The position numbers and the translations under genes are program-made. From Selaginella moellendorffii (lineage: Eukaryota > Plantae > Lycopodiophyta), in assembly GCF_000143415.4 (NCBI RefSeq), contig NW_003314278.1, positions 326,371-390,370 on the forward strand: DNA of 64,000 nucleotides, read 5' to 3'. The notes under the pieces are model-generated. The model made no database searches, was not told the origin of the DNA, and saw only the letters and a program-made list of their open reading frames with translations. Every line of letters starts with the position of its first letter. Position 1 is the stretch's first letter. Of the stretch, positions 47,491 through 60,658 are shown piece by piece.

Positions 47491-49458
47491 ATGAGCATGA
47501 AATCTGGACCTGGAGTCAAGCAAGAGATCGATTTGTTAGAGGGGTTCTTTCGAAAATCTATGGTTCTTTTCCCGATTGTTGTTCTATTCCTCCTTTGGGC
47601 GACTCGTAAGTATAAATTGATTCAATGTCATGATGTGAATTGTGAATTGTGGTTCCATAGCTCCAACGAAATTTTTCCGGCTACCATTTCAGAGCAACGA
47701 TGTTGATTGTAGAGAATCTCATGTGGATGATTTGATGAAGCTATGGGAAGAATCATATAGCTTAAATGGAACTTCTCTGAGCACCAGCAAGAGTTTTCCA
47801 GTTGCTCCACACTTGGAAAATTGTCAACAGCAGGCACTGGAGTGGATGGAATTTGACAATCGCGATGCAAATGGAAGACCACCACTGTGGAGCAGGGAGG
47901 ATGAGGAATTGGAATTGGAGCTCATGATCAAGAACTCCACAAAGCATTCCATAAAAAATCTCTATCCACCATGGGTACGATCTAACTTTGGCTTGAATCT
48001 TTTTTTTATTCTGTTTTTTCTACTGTTCGAACAGATCAAAGGTGGCGACGAGGACAATCTGCCACTGACCCGAGCAGTCCAACGAGATTTGTGGCGCCAC
48101 CAGCATCCACAAAATTGTACTGATCCCAGCGTGAAGTTTCTGGTGACAAACTGGCTAAACAGCCGCGGACTGGGCCTTGGAGCCGAGCTTGTGGCAATGG
48201 CCGGGATCCTGGCCATTGCTTTGCGAGAAAAGAGGGTTCTCGTTCTAACAGACTTTGATCGAGCCAAGCACGAAGATTGCAAAGGTATGAGATGATCTTC
48301 TCGAAGATCTTCCCTTGTTTATTTCAATCGTATAGGAGCTTCGCATGGACGATGGTCGTGTTACTTTGTTCCCGAGACTTCGGAGGAATGCCGAGCTCGA
48401 GCGATGGAGCTCGAGGGCGATGTCAAGGCATGGAACCAAGGGACAATCGTTGGTCTTGACAATTTTTCTCGAACTTCGGTGTGGACGGGACCTGTTCCAG
48501 AGTGAGGATCATAGCTATTAATTGATCAAAGATATTGACTCTAATATTTTCACTACAATGCATTCCAGGTATTGGGGAAGACCATGGGAAACCATGCAAA
48601 CATTTGACGTGGTGGATGGGGAGCTTCTTACTACACACAAAGGCATGGACCGACAGTGGTGGAGAGCTCAGGTTATTTTATATAGTTTTCTCCAAATTAT
48701 TATTTTCTATAGATATTATTGTTTTTATTCTGTAGGCAGTGAGATATTTCATGAGATTTTCCAGTGAGTACACTTGTATCCTCCTCAATGGGGCCAGGCA
48801 TAAAGCATTTGGGAAAGAGGCTGCTCAAGCTGTCATTCAAAGCTCACAAAAGAACTGGCGAAAGGTAGAATCTTCAATCATTTTTGCAATGTTCCATCGA
48901 TTAAGATTTCTATCAGGTGATTAATCAGCGTGATGTTATGAAATTGTTGTGGGCAAAGCACAGGCCATGGGTACCAAGACCTCTCATAAGCCTTCACGTA
49001 AGACAAGGTGACAAAGCTGCGGAGATGAAAATCTTCGATCTAAAGTCGCATATGGCTCTGGCCGAGATTATCCGAGCAAGATTCCCCGATATCAAAGGCA
49101 TCTGGCTCTCCACAGAAATGCAAGTAAGGAGTCCCTCGAAATCCCTCATCGATTTAACTTGGTTTTCTCGTTCTAGAGTGTTGTGGACGAGGCAGTGTCA
49201 AACTTTACATACTGGAGCTTCTATTTCACAAAGGTGGCGAGGCAAAATGGAACAACACGCATGGGCGACTACGAGAGGAGCTTGGGGACGAGACTGAGCA
49301 GCAACAACGCGTTTGTCAATCTCTTGATGGCCGTGGACTGTGATCACTTTGTTGGAGGGCTGGGCTCGACTTGGAGCTTCTTGATCGATGGATTGAGGCT
49401 CACGGGTGGGAAGCTCAAGGTCGGCTTCTTCAGCGTCAACAAAGATAGATACTGGTAA
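47491..49458 (+). CDS. GT23 / alpha-1,6-fucosyltransferase-like protein, copy 3
   Basis: TM segment; QRDLWRHQHP; SLHVRQGDK; IWLSTE; HFVGGLGSTW; ends SVNKDRYW. Confidence 0.8.
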
Positions 49459-49824
49459 AAGCGTGATCGAATTCTCGAGCTTGTACAAACGATCGATAGT
49501 TGTATATAGATGGAAGAATCCTAAAGTTTGAAGCTATGGAAAAGTTTCTGGACGATCTCACAGCTCAGGCCAAGGAATCGCCCAGGCTTAAGTCTCGAGC
49601 AAGCTTCTCTTGCGAGCATCCTGAGCGATGGAAGCTCAAGAGCGATGGCTCTGGCAGCACGCTCTGCTGGACTCCATCAGTGACAGCTTTTCGCGCAGCG
49701 ACGATTCCCAGAGAGCAAAGGTTAAACCACAAAAATGAACTTTCAAGGTAGCTACTATTAACACAGGTGGATAAACCACTCGTGAAAATATCGAAGAACA
49801 GGACTTACTGTACAGTGGAGTTAC

Positions 49825-50342
49825 TCAAACATTGCTCTGCTTGTAGATGGATGTGTCGAGAATTTGCTTCCCGCACATAGCACACACTCCTGTCAATCCC
49901 AACGATATAAAGTTCTTAGAGGAATCACAAGAGGGAACGAAAGCACACAAAGTGAAAAAAGAAAGAGAAGGATACCTTTCTTGTAGGAACACGACTGGCA
50001 GTACTTTGCGTCCTGGTGGAGCTGCTGCTTGCAAATGACACATTTTGTTGTTCCATAGGGCGTCCATCTAGACAAAGTTTTAGAGAGCCAAGGAAGAAAA
50101 CGTAAGAGGTTGAATGAAAAGAGGAGAAATTTTGCAAGAAACCTGTGCTTCTTGGATAGCAGCTTGTTCTCATTGATCTTCTGGCCGCCGCTTTGGATTG
50201 TGTTGCTCGCGCCGTCCTTCCATTTGTCTGGAACCACGACCTTGCCCAATTTCTTGACGCCTATCCATCAAGATCCGAGAGCTCCATCTCAGCATTGGAA
50301 AGAATCGAGAGAGAAGGCTTACTTACACTTGTCGCACACCAT
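49825..50342 (-). CDS. CRIPT: Cysteine-rich PDZ-binding protein (CRIPT), 4 exons
   Basis: MVCDKCEKKLGKVVVPDKWKDGA; INENKLLSK; CVICKQ..YCQSCSYKKGVCAMCGKQILDT..YKQSNV. Confidence 0.93.
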
Positions 50343-50471
50343 CCTCGCTCGATCAAGCGCTCTCGATTTCGCCTCGCGCGATGGAAGAACAAAATTAGGG
50401 CTATACGAAAGCCCTAAAAGTATCAAATGGAAAATGTATTTTAGGGTTTCTACTTTTCTAGGGTTTTAGCG

Positions 50472-53400
50472 ATGGAGGAGGACGAGCTGCGGCGCCAAGC
50501 CCAGGCGATCGAGGCCTGCATTGCGCCGCTCCAGGTCGCGATCAAGGATGTGGAGCTCCTGTCGCGGAGGATTCCTGCGGCCGAGGATTTCCACTACTAC
50601 TCCAATTTCTCGAATTTCCGGGGGCCCGTGGCGAGCATGAATGCGCGCGCCCAGGCGCTGCTCTCCGAGGTCGGTACGTGCAAGCAGCTTAGATCCGAGG
50701 CATCGGCGTGGCCGGCGGATGTGGAGGAATCATACGACTGGCTTGTTGGTGTCCAAGACGATGTTCTGGAAGGCGTTGGATCGGCTCTGGATGAATTGGG
50801 CCTGGGAGCTGGGAAGAGACCGCCGGATTTTCTTCTCCGGAAGGGCAAGAAGAAGAACGCTCCTTTTGCGAGTGGCAATGCGAGCGAGAGTAAATCCCCC
50901 ACCACGTCGCAGAGAGCTGTGAAAGTGGCCTCTCAGAAGAAGGAGCGGCTTCCAGTTCCTTTCCATGTCAGGTCTCTTCCCCGGCCACAGGACAAGTTCG
51001 ACTACCCGGCTGATAACTCCAACTCGCCTTTCAAGCATCTGTCTAGAGAGGTGCTGCTGGGTCGGTCACAGGCTATGGCTATGGAGGAGACTGGAAGTGC
51101 CAAGCCTCAGTCAGTGCTCGAGCTTCATGCTAAGAGCTTGGGTTTGATGGAGACACCGGCAGTGCATCCTCTCAAGGTGAGATACATGGCTCTAATTCCA
51201 TTGTTTAAAGCCATTTGCGTGGTTTTGACTTACAACATGATTGACAGGATTTTGTTGCAGGAGGAGCTGACAAGTATGGAGTATTTGAAGGAGTTTCCTG
51301 CTGATGGACCTGATGAGCCTGTGAAACCAAAGTCTTTGAGTGAGACGCCATTGTTTATCGTGGAAAGCCTTCCGGCTTTAGAGACGATGGCTGCGAAGCT
51401 GCATGCGAGTTCCGAAATCGCGGTACCTTTCTTGTTTCTTTTGCTCATTCTTGTTAACTGGATACTCTTGTTCATCTAGGTGGACCTGGAAAACCATCAC
51501 TATCGGTCTTTTCAAGGCTTTGTATGCTTGATGCAAGTCTCTACGCGTTCCCAAGACTTTATTGTGGATACCTTGGTTCTCAGAAGCCATATTGGCCCAG
51601 TCTTGAGAAGTGTCTTCGCAAATCCTTCTATCCGAAAGGTATTTCTGTTTCATCTACTGTACAGAGATTTGAGCACTTCAGTGCAGGTCATACATGGATC
51701 AGACCGTGATATTCTGTGGCTTCAACGGGATTTTGGCATTTACGTGTGTAACTTGTTCGACACTGGTCAGGTCTGTTAGTATCTAATGTGCTTTGGCTTC
51801 CTTCTTATCGACTGATGTAGGCTGCGAGAGTGTTGCGGATGGAGAGATTCGGATTGGCTTTTTTACTGCAGACATTTTGTGGAGTTACTCCTGATAAGCG
51901 GTATTTAAATTTGTTTCTCTAAAGGATTTGGGGTTTATTATAACATGGTATCAGGTATCAGCTTGCCGATTGGAGACTTCGTCCACTCAGTGCTGAAATG
52001 TTAAAGTAAGCCTGTGTTTCCTTTTTCATTTCCAAGTAATTGTTCGTCTTGCTTTCTCAGGTATGCGAGAGAGGACACGCATTACTTGCTGTACGTTTAT
52101 GACAAGATGAAGGGGATGCTTCGAGACGCAGAAACTACTGAGGATCTTTATCTGGAGGTAGGAGCGTTGTTTTTGTTACTATTTTGGTATCATTATGGAT
52201 ATTATTTCAGGTCTGTCAACGGAGCCGCGACCTTTGCTTACAATTGTATGAGAAGGAACTCTTCACTGAAAGCTCGTTTTTGCATATTTATGGGTACGTA
52301 TTTGACAGCAATTGTTCATTTGAAATATTGGATTTCACTCTACAGGCTAGCTGAAAAGAACTTGACCCCCGAGAAACTTGCGATAGTTGCTGTAAGTCAT
52401 TTGGGTTATTAAATTAGTTGCAGCCTAACGTCTTTGAATTTTCAGGGATTGTACGCTTGGAGGGACAAACTTTGTCGAAGCGAAGACGAGAGCACTGGAT
52501 ACATTCTACCTAATAGTCTACTGTTCCGTCTTGGTATGCGCATCTTATTATTACAGGTCAGGTACTTGACATAGTGATGAATACAGCTGAGGATGCTCCT
52601 CAAGATGCGAAAAGGCTACAAGGAATTTTAAGGCGTGGGCACCCTGTTGCGGCCTTTCACTCGGCTGCTCTTCTAAAAGTGATTCGAGACGCGGCAAAGA
52701 CCGTTGTCACGCAGCAACCAGTACCAGTTCCAGAGCCATCCAAACCAGAAGAAGTTGAAGAAGGCGAAATCAACGATACAATGGTGCCAACCAGTCCGGC
52801 AGCCACCGAACATTTTGTCCAACAGCTTGACGTGGTGACCACTGTGAAGACGGTTCCATCGGTCCCGGAAGGCACTTCGCTTGCCGTGTTCGATGAACCA
52901 GGTTTCGAAACCGTTGAGGAAGCCTTGGAAACGTCCGCTGCGAAGCTACAGCAAGAGACTGTGCCTACGATGCAAGTCAAGAGGTCATCAGTCGCAGACG
53001 CACTCTTCCGGGCTTCCTCCGCACATCTCGATAGCGACGAAGACGACGATGAAGAGGCGATGGCAAAAGCTCTGGCCATACGGGCTTCACTCTCGTTCCA
53101 GAGCGTCAAGGCAGTCCCTATGGAGGAACAGCAGATTGTTCCCGACGGGAAGACTAGCTCAGTGGCGGAATTGGAGATCTGTTCTCCGGTGGTGGAAGTT
53201 ACTGTCCCGTTCTCCAATCTGGAAGAAGTAATATTGCTTGAAGATGGCGATAACGAAACCAAGGACACCACAGCGGTGGACCAAGCCAGGGGTGATCAAG
53301 GCGACGAAGATGGTACGCCTGCTACGAGAGATCCCGGAGCAAGCGAGCTACCTCTCTCGCTCAACGAACGTTACGGTGGTAGCGGCAAGCAGCAGCAGAA

Positions 53401-53635
53401 CAGGAAGAGAGAACGGATGAGAAAGGGCCGGAAGCGAGCAAACGATTCCGCGACCGGTGACGCTGGTGCCAAAGACGAGGCCGAGGTGACGCCGTTCAGC
53501 GTGAAGCGGGACAAGAGAGAGCCTCACTTCGATCCGGCCGTGAGTGCCGAACCAAAGCTAAACGGTGTCCTGCAAGGCGGGAAGAGGAGGACCGTGTTTC
53601 CAAAGTCTGGTAACAGGACTGCGATCTTCAAGTAA
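50472..53635 (+). CDS. Exosome 3'-5' exonuclease RRP6-like (RRP6L2-type, with PMC2NT-like N-terminus and HRDC)
   Basis: [10 protein letters not shown]-terminal region; [24 protein letters not shown]; [15 protein letters not shown]; [14 protein letters not shown]; HRDC-like [19 protein letters not shown]. Confidence 0.92.
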
Positions 53636-54149
53636 ATTGAATATGTTATTTTTCTTGGAGAATCGATAAAAAGACATTCTAAAATCCAATATTACATGTT
53701 GTAAATCCTGTTGTGGCCACGCTTTCCATGGCAACTTTGCTACTGGGTGTATCAAGGCTATGGTGACGATCCTAACCGCTTGCTCCAGCCCGGCTCTCGT
53801 CCAAGTGGTCGGAGCATGGAGGAGGCGAAGGGCTTTGACGCCATGGATGAAGCTCTCCTGGACTTGGTGGAACATCGCGGCCTATGGAATTCAGCTCTAA
53901 CGACGCAACTGAGAGCTAGGTGACTTACGTTTCAAGTTGGTGAGCATCTGCTGGAAAGCCAGCGTCCAGTCTCACGTAACCCAAGTTGATCGTTGTACGG
54001 GAGATATTGCCCACGGTTCTTAACGGGTAGGGAGCTGTCTGGGGATCGATCAACATGAGCAACATGTATATATAAACTTTAAAAAAAGGTGGAAAAGACA
54101 AAGAGCCTTGGTATATCAGCAACTGAACCTTTAAATCTATCGATTATTA

Positions 54150-55022
54150 ATGGCTATTGTAGTTTTCTTTCTGATGGCTTTTATTTGTAATGTTTATTGT
54201 ATGGGATATGTTGAATGGGGAGAAAATAATACTTTTACTGAAAATGAGATGAAATATATTATAAAACATGGTTTCCAATTTCTTATTAAAAAAATTCAAA
54301 CATATGGTGATTATCCACCAGATTTTAATGATTTCACTTATGTAGATTTTAGTAGAGGAGCCGTTGCCGTAAGAATTAAACGCACTGGTTTAGCACAGTC
54401 AACATGTTCAACTGAAACTAATACTATTGTTGGTCAAGCGCTAAAACAAAATTTTGGACGTAAGTTAAATTTCTATAAAATGATTATGATCCAGACTGGT
54501 TCAAAATCTTGTAAAATTGTGGGTGATATATATATACTTGAATATAATTTTCTTTTATGGTTTAGTAACAATCAAATGAAACTTATTACTAATGTGCACT
54601 CATATAGTTATCAAGGATATGTCAGATGTGATACAACTAAAAACACTTTAAATGCTGGTTTTAAAAATAATATACTTTATAAAGAACAAATGTTGATATC
54701 TGAAAATGGTAAGAATATATTTTATATTGCATCAAACTGTAAAGCTACACTTTATTCAGGAAAATATCGTTTATGGCAATCTAGTAATTCTGAAGATTAT
54801 TTTAAATTTTGCTATTGGAAAACTCAAATTGATGGAAATTCTGTAATATATAATGAGAAGAATAAAGCTTTATGGTCAATACAATACTATTGTTCAAATT
54901 GTTTAATTTTTACATACTCAATTATACAAAATGATTGTAATTTTGTAATATATAGTTCAATTAGACCACACAGTGTAATATGGGATACAAAAACATATAA
55001 TCACCAAAATTGTTTAAGATAA
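54150..55022 (+). CDS. Secreted chimeric protein: unknown N-terminal domain plus GNA/bulb-type lectin domain, copy B
   Basis: Signal peptide; QIDGNSVIY and QNDCNFVIY motifs; 290 aa, colinear with 19139-20011. Confidence 0.85.
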   Translation: MAIVVFFLMAFICNVYCMGYVEWGENNTFTENEMKYIIKHGFQFLIKKIQTYGDYPPDFNDFTYVDFSRGAVAVRIKRTGLAQSTCSTETNTIVGQALKQNFGRKLNFYKMIMIQTGSKSCKIVGDIYILEYNFLLWFSNNQMKLITNVHSYSYQGYVRCDTTKNTLNAGFKNNILYKEQMLISENGKNIFYIASNCKATLYSGKYRLWQSSNSEDYFKFCYWKTQIDGNSVIYNEKNKALWSIQYYCSNCLIFTYSIIQNDCNFVIYSSIRPHSVIWDTKTYNHQNCLR

Positions 55023-55029
55023 TATACTG

Positions 55030-57300
55030 GTATTTATAAATGAATATTGAGCTTCATTAGATTTATTTAGTTTTATATTAATAGTAATGTTTGCCCTTTT
55101 CTGGTCATTCTCAATCAACACAGTCTTATTGGGCATAAGATATTCAAGGGTTAATACTGAATTACTTTTATAGTTAGACACATGAAAACTATTTTGTCAA
55201 TTTAGCAATAACATTCTACTTTTTTTTAAAGGATGGTTAAGTAATTAAAAGTCAAGTGATGATAAATTCTAGAAATTTATGTCAGTGACTTCAAGGAAGT
55301 TGAACCTGTTGTAAAGGGGTTTTTATTTTGTATTTTCACATATAAGAAAATTATTTCATACTAGACATCAAATAGTCCAAGCATTTGATCTATTGGTTTT
55401 TATAGTTGGCTGGAGGTATTTCACAAAATATTTATCGCTATAATGAGAAAAATTACTGATCGATCTCAAGTTCTTGTTAATAATACTAACTTAAGTCATA
55501 TTGAGGAAAATAGCACTGAGATCATTCTCAAAAGGTTATCAAGATTTCCTAGGAGAATGATGAAGACATCTTCTTGCGGTGTCTTGGGGCAAGTTCAAGT
55601 AGTTTGCAGTACTTTCCCATAAACATTTTTGAGATTGAATTTAAAGTAATGCAAAAGTATTTAGTCAAGGTTGAGACAAAAAACAGAGTTATTGAAGATG
55701 AAGGATTAAATAACAACAAAACATGATTTTACTGCTTATTTTCAAATCATGCAATCAAGATTCCTACTTTGATGCAGTTAGTTGTGATAAGTTCTAAATT
55801 GTTTTTCTTAAACTTGCTATTAAAGGGATTAAGTTGCAATGCTCAGTTTATTTTTAGGAACTTTACTATTTCTTCTTAAGTAATTTGGTGTTGAGTTAGT
55901 TTTGAGTTTAGTGGGAAAGAGAATAATATTAGAAAGGTATAACATTTATACTGCATTTTATTATTAAGTACTTAATACAATATAAACCTTTATAGTAGTG
56001 ATATGGCTTTGCTTGTGGTATTACTTGATTAGTGATTAAGTCATTGTGATTATGTATTATATCCTTGTGATAATAAATAATATACTTATGAAGTGTTTAT
56101 GGTGATGGTAGTCTACTTGCAAAGTATAGTATCATTGTTAACATTAGTGCATTTGCTAATTATATTAGTGTTTAAATAAACAGAGTAGTAAATTAGACAA
56201 AATTACAAAGAAATTTAAGCTTTGGCTTTTCTTCAAAAAGTAGCTTAGTTTTACATAGCAGTTAATTGTTAATTTATGTTAAATTTAACTTGGGATATTT
56301 ATTATTAATAATTTTTATCAAGACTTAAAGACTTTCTATTAAGACTTGTTTGTTATGAAGTTTTGATGTAGAAGATGGATTTATAAAGGATCATAATTTG
56401 TTGAGCATAACTTATCGTGTTTAATTTTTAGATTGATGCAATCATTGGCTTTCTCATTATAAAGTTTTGGTTTATGGATGTGTTGAAGAGATCTCACATT
56501 ATGGGTTGCATTAAACTTAGTTGATACAAAATTTATAATCATTATTATCTAAAAGTTTAATATTAATTCTTCAAACTTTAGTTGTTATGTTTATTTTTCC
56601 CTTTTGTTAAGAGTTATTAAAGAAAACATTCTGCCTGCTCAATTTGTTTCTGCATCTTGAAATCATTAGTGATGATTAATCATCATCAGGATAGTTGGTT
56701 ATGGTTTGCTCTATCTTATGCAAATAAAATTGACAGCATAAAGAATCCTTGGCTTTGTAGTCTCAAAGGAGGAACATTCAATCCAAATGATTCTCATAAA
56801 CACTATGATTTCCAAGGAGAGCTAGAGGTTATCAGTTTCCTCACATAGCTAAGATGTCTTGGCCGTTACAAAACATGCCCGTTTTGGATGGCCAGCAAGC
56901 CCCTTCCTTTGTGTCCTGGACATCTGATGCTTCTCAAATACTAATAGTATATTGCTGGAAGGTGGGGAGGAGTGAAACACAGCTGCTAACTTTAGCTTGT
57001 GAACGAGTAAGTCAAATAGTTCTTACACATCATGTTGATTTTATATGGAAGAGAATGTGGGATTTAAAGTTTACGACTGGTAAGACCCCGTTTGGTGTCT
57101 AGACCAATAAAACAATATAAAGTTTACATGTATGTAGTGGTGGTGATTCTTCAATGAAGATCAGTATATGATGTTGTTGGAGTTTCAATTACTAGACAAA
57201 ACAAATCTTTCTACCTTTGAATGTAAATATGGTTTGATAAAGTAAAGAGCAAAGAATCACAATCGTTAGATTGATATCATAATATCCAACTTTTTCTCAT
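55030..57300. other. AT-rich, CpG-depleted non-coding block (probably decayed repeat DNA)
   Basis: Abrupt drop in GC, no credible long ORF; first ~540 bp resemble the reverse complement of 30460-30955. Confidence 0.6.
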
Positions 57301-57320
57301 TTTGTTTCTGTGAAAATGTA

Positions 57321-59927
57321 TCAACTTTGGAGCTGCTTAATTTTCTGGACACTGGGAGTAGCGATTCTTTTTGTCACGGCTACATGGAGACCTGCGGTGG
57401 TGTGAATGGTTGCTCCGGTAGTCATTCCCACCTATGAAGAAACGTTAGTTGAATCATCTGAGCAAAAGAGAAAACAAGGAGAAATCTTCACTGGTGGAGC
57501 TCCTTGGGCCAGCTTGAAATCAAAACGACGAACAAGCATCGCTACTGCCGTGACAGTCTAGAGCAAAGCACACCGATTTTCATTAAGAAGTTAAAGAGGC
57601 AGTGATCAGTTTTACCTCGAATGTGGCAAACATATCACCAACACACTTGCGAGGGCCGCCTCCAAACGGCAAGTACCTGAGAAAACCGAATGGCTTGATC
57701 CAAGAAGCGAACTTCATCATACTTTATCTTACTTGAAATTCTCTGTGACTTCGTTTGGATCTGGCCCATCCAGAGGCCACCTCTCAGGTCTAAACTCGTG
57801 AGAGTGCTCCCATAGCGATGGAGAGCGATGCAAGTTCCATAGAGATATGAAAATGTCCTCTCCTCTACGCGCAAACATGGATGAAGTTTAGAAGTATGAG
57901 CAAGAGATAACGAGGGAGTGTTTGGAAAACCTCTTAAGTGGATAGCCTGCGAGTACATCGTCCTGGAGTGATCTTCTTATCAACACTGGAGGCTGCGGGT
58001 AAAGCCGCAAGGACTGCCAGAGAAAAAGGAAGTTTTTTGCTAACGTTGAAAGCAATGGATAGTAACTCACCTCGTTAATGACTCGTTTTGTGAACTTGAG
58101 CTGCTTCAAATCCTCCAAAGTCGGGCATTTGTCCCCTAGAACAGCATCAACCTGAAAATTTGAAGAACTTGTAGTGCAAACTTTGGAAAGATAGAAGAAT
58201 TTTACCTCGGCTTGAAGCTTTGTCATGGCTGCTGGATTCTTTTAACACATTTCATTCTCATAGTTAGATTCGTTTTCTCCCTGGACTTTTTTCTTTTTTT
58301 TCCATCGTCTTCCTCTTGTAAAAGACGAAAGTAGCTCACCTGGATTAGAAGATGTAGTGTCCAAGTTAAAACCGCGGCAGAAGTTTCGTGACCCGCAATC
58401 AGCATTGTCATCAAGTCGTCTCGTAGCTGCTGGCTAGAAACCTGATGGAACTCCATCAGTTTTGTTACTACAAACTCAAAGTAACGATCAAAGAATGCTC
58501 ACTTCGTCTCCTGACGCTAGAAGAAAGTGTAAGATACTTGGGTCTCGATCGCTCACATACTCTTCGTGGAAGAGATCGTCCTCTTGATCCACCAGCCTCT
58601 ACACAGAGGATTGAGAACAAGCAAACCACATAACCAATCGACTGCCAAACCTTGCAAGTCGAGATCAATTCGTCCAGGCTTTTGTTCACCAGCGTCAATG
58701 CCACTGCTACCTTCTTCTGTCTCGGGAAAATGCTCGTAGCAAATGGTAAATTCCAGTAAGGAATTACAGCAGTGCTTCGAGCTTCGGCCTCTCGCAAAAG
58801 AGTGTACACTGCCTACACGCAAGATCAAAAGTTTTAGTCATCACAAGAAAAAAGAACAAAAGAAGAAAAATGGTGTCAGTGTCAAGAACAACAAATGTAA
58901 GGAATCGTACCTCTACTATCCCCGTGTCTGTAGACAAAGAATCAAACTCGTAGTTAAACACTGCCTTTCCAATGATATCGAGCGTCAATCTCGAGAAGAG
59001 TGACTCCATCTCGGCCGAGATTTCCTTGCTTGCTGCTGCATCAAGCTTGTCACAGAGCCTCAAGCTTGCTCTTCCAAACAGTTCTATCATTTTCTCCACG
59101 TACTGCGTAGAGTGAAAACGTGAGCTTGTGCACCTTTGAGAAGGAATATCGGTATACCTTTCGATGCAAGGATGGAACTATCGCTCTTCTTCGCGCTCGC
59201 CAGATTTCTCCATCAGCAGGAATAAGTCCGGTTCCCATGACGAACTTGAGGATTTCTGCCAAGATTCCCTGTAAGTTTGAGAATGAGCTATGGATCTTAC
59301 GCAAAGACAAGAGAACAGAGTAAAAAAGAAAAAGATCGAATGATCGGACCTTGGAGTAGGACTTTGCATTGTCCTTGAGAACGTGTTTCGTGACTTGCGG
59401 GTCGGAGACGATGATAAAAGACTGAAAGAAGAAGTTGAGAGCCATGGAATCATAGACAGACTTTTTCAAAGTACCTTTGGCCCAAACGAGAGCCTGAAAA
59501 TCCCACCATGCTGTGTGTACAAGTTGTAGAGCGGCACGAAAAATGGCTCTCCAGCGATGGCTCTCACGTCTGCTCGAGCCACGGGAAATTGTTTCTCTGC
59601 CTTTTGTGAACTCCACTTCTCGCTCCATTTTGCGAGGAGGTCTCCGATCACGCCAAAGCTGTTAGCTGGAGAAGAAGAACAAAGAAAAAACCACGGGAAG
59701 AAAAATTCCAGAGAAGAAAGAATTTTGACATCTTACACTGGGTTTCTGCATCGCCATTGTTTTTCTTCGCTGCGACTTGGATTCTCGTCCCTGCGAAGAA
59801 ATTCAAGGGCTTTGCAAACTAAAGTCTCCAAGAGCTTGGATTGATCACTTACGTGTGGCTTGAGGATGGTTCTTTGCCGGGAATGAGCTCCAGCGCGTGG
59901 AAGAGTTTCCATTCGCGAGCGCGCCAT
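57321..59927 (-). CDS. CYP97A: Cytochrome P450 CYP97A carotenoid beta-ring hydroxylase (LUT5-like), many exons
   Basis: [24 protein letters not shown]; [19 protein letters not shown]; [15 protein letters not shown]; heme motif [11 protein letters not shown]; [10 protein letters not shown]. Confidence 0.9.
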
Positions 59928-60189
59928 GGAGCGCCAACATTGTTTGTCTCCACAAAAACGATACCTTTGCGAGTAGTGCCACAGATTCCAAAAACTTTGT
60001 ATACTATTTCTCATTGTTTAGAGTTTCTTACGTGAATGTTACATAAGCTTGCAACGGCCGTGACTGTGTGGAAGAGTCTGGTGTTTCGTTCTAGGCAAGC
60101 TAGAGTTTTTTAAGAGAATGGCCAGTGCTTCGAGGCCTCCAAGGCCTCCTCTTCCTCCTTCCACGACCAAAGCTCTAGTAAAACAGGAA

Positions 60190-60516
60190 ATGTCGAGCAT
60201 GGCTAGCAGCAGGAGGATCAAAGCCTTGCATCTCATTCCACTGCTTTTGATCCTGTGTTTGCTCATTCTCTACGGAGCGAGCAACGCTTCTTCTTCCCAA
60301 CCCAAGCAAGGTAAAGTTTAGTGAGTTTCCTCATCCATCTCAGCTCCAAGGTCTCCAGATCTAAAGAACTTCGAAGAAAACTTTGAAGAGAGCTTGGAAG
60401 AGGAAACGGCAACCGGCGCGGAGAAAGTCACGCAAGTTCCTCTCAACTGGCGACTCTCATCGAGGAAACTGAGGCTCAGATTTCCTAGAAAATCGGGAGG
60501 GACGAAGCTCGAGTGA
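60190..60516 (+). CDS. Putative small secreted peptide precursor, 2 exons (intron about 60311-60358)
   Basis: Signal peptide ALHLIPLLLILCLLILYGASNA; spliced exon 2 gives an acidic region (NFEENFEESLEEE) and a basic tail SRKLRLRFPRKSGGTKLE. Confidence 0.45.
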
Positions 60517-60658
60517 CAATCTTCTTCTGCTTGATAGTACATCTAGAAACTACATATATGAACAGTTATCTCTTCTTCCTCTCCTCTCCTGTTCTCACTT
60601 TCCTCACGCATACACGCTCGTATAAACAGCAAACTTACTTGGAGAGAATCTCTCGATC

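Noticed and set aside
49500-49751. 83-aa ORF between GT23 copy 3 and CRIPT
   Set aside because: No family match; overlaps probable 3' UTRs
53700-53923. Possible F-box-like pseudogene fragment (WPRFPW...)
   Set aside because: Similarity too short and weak to support
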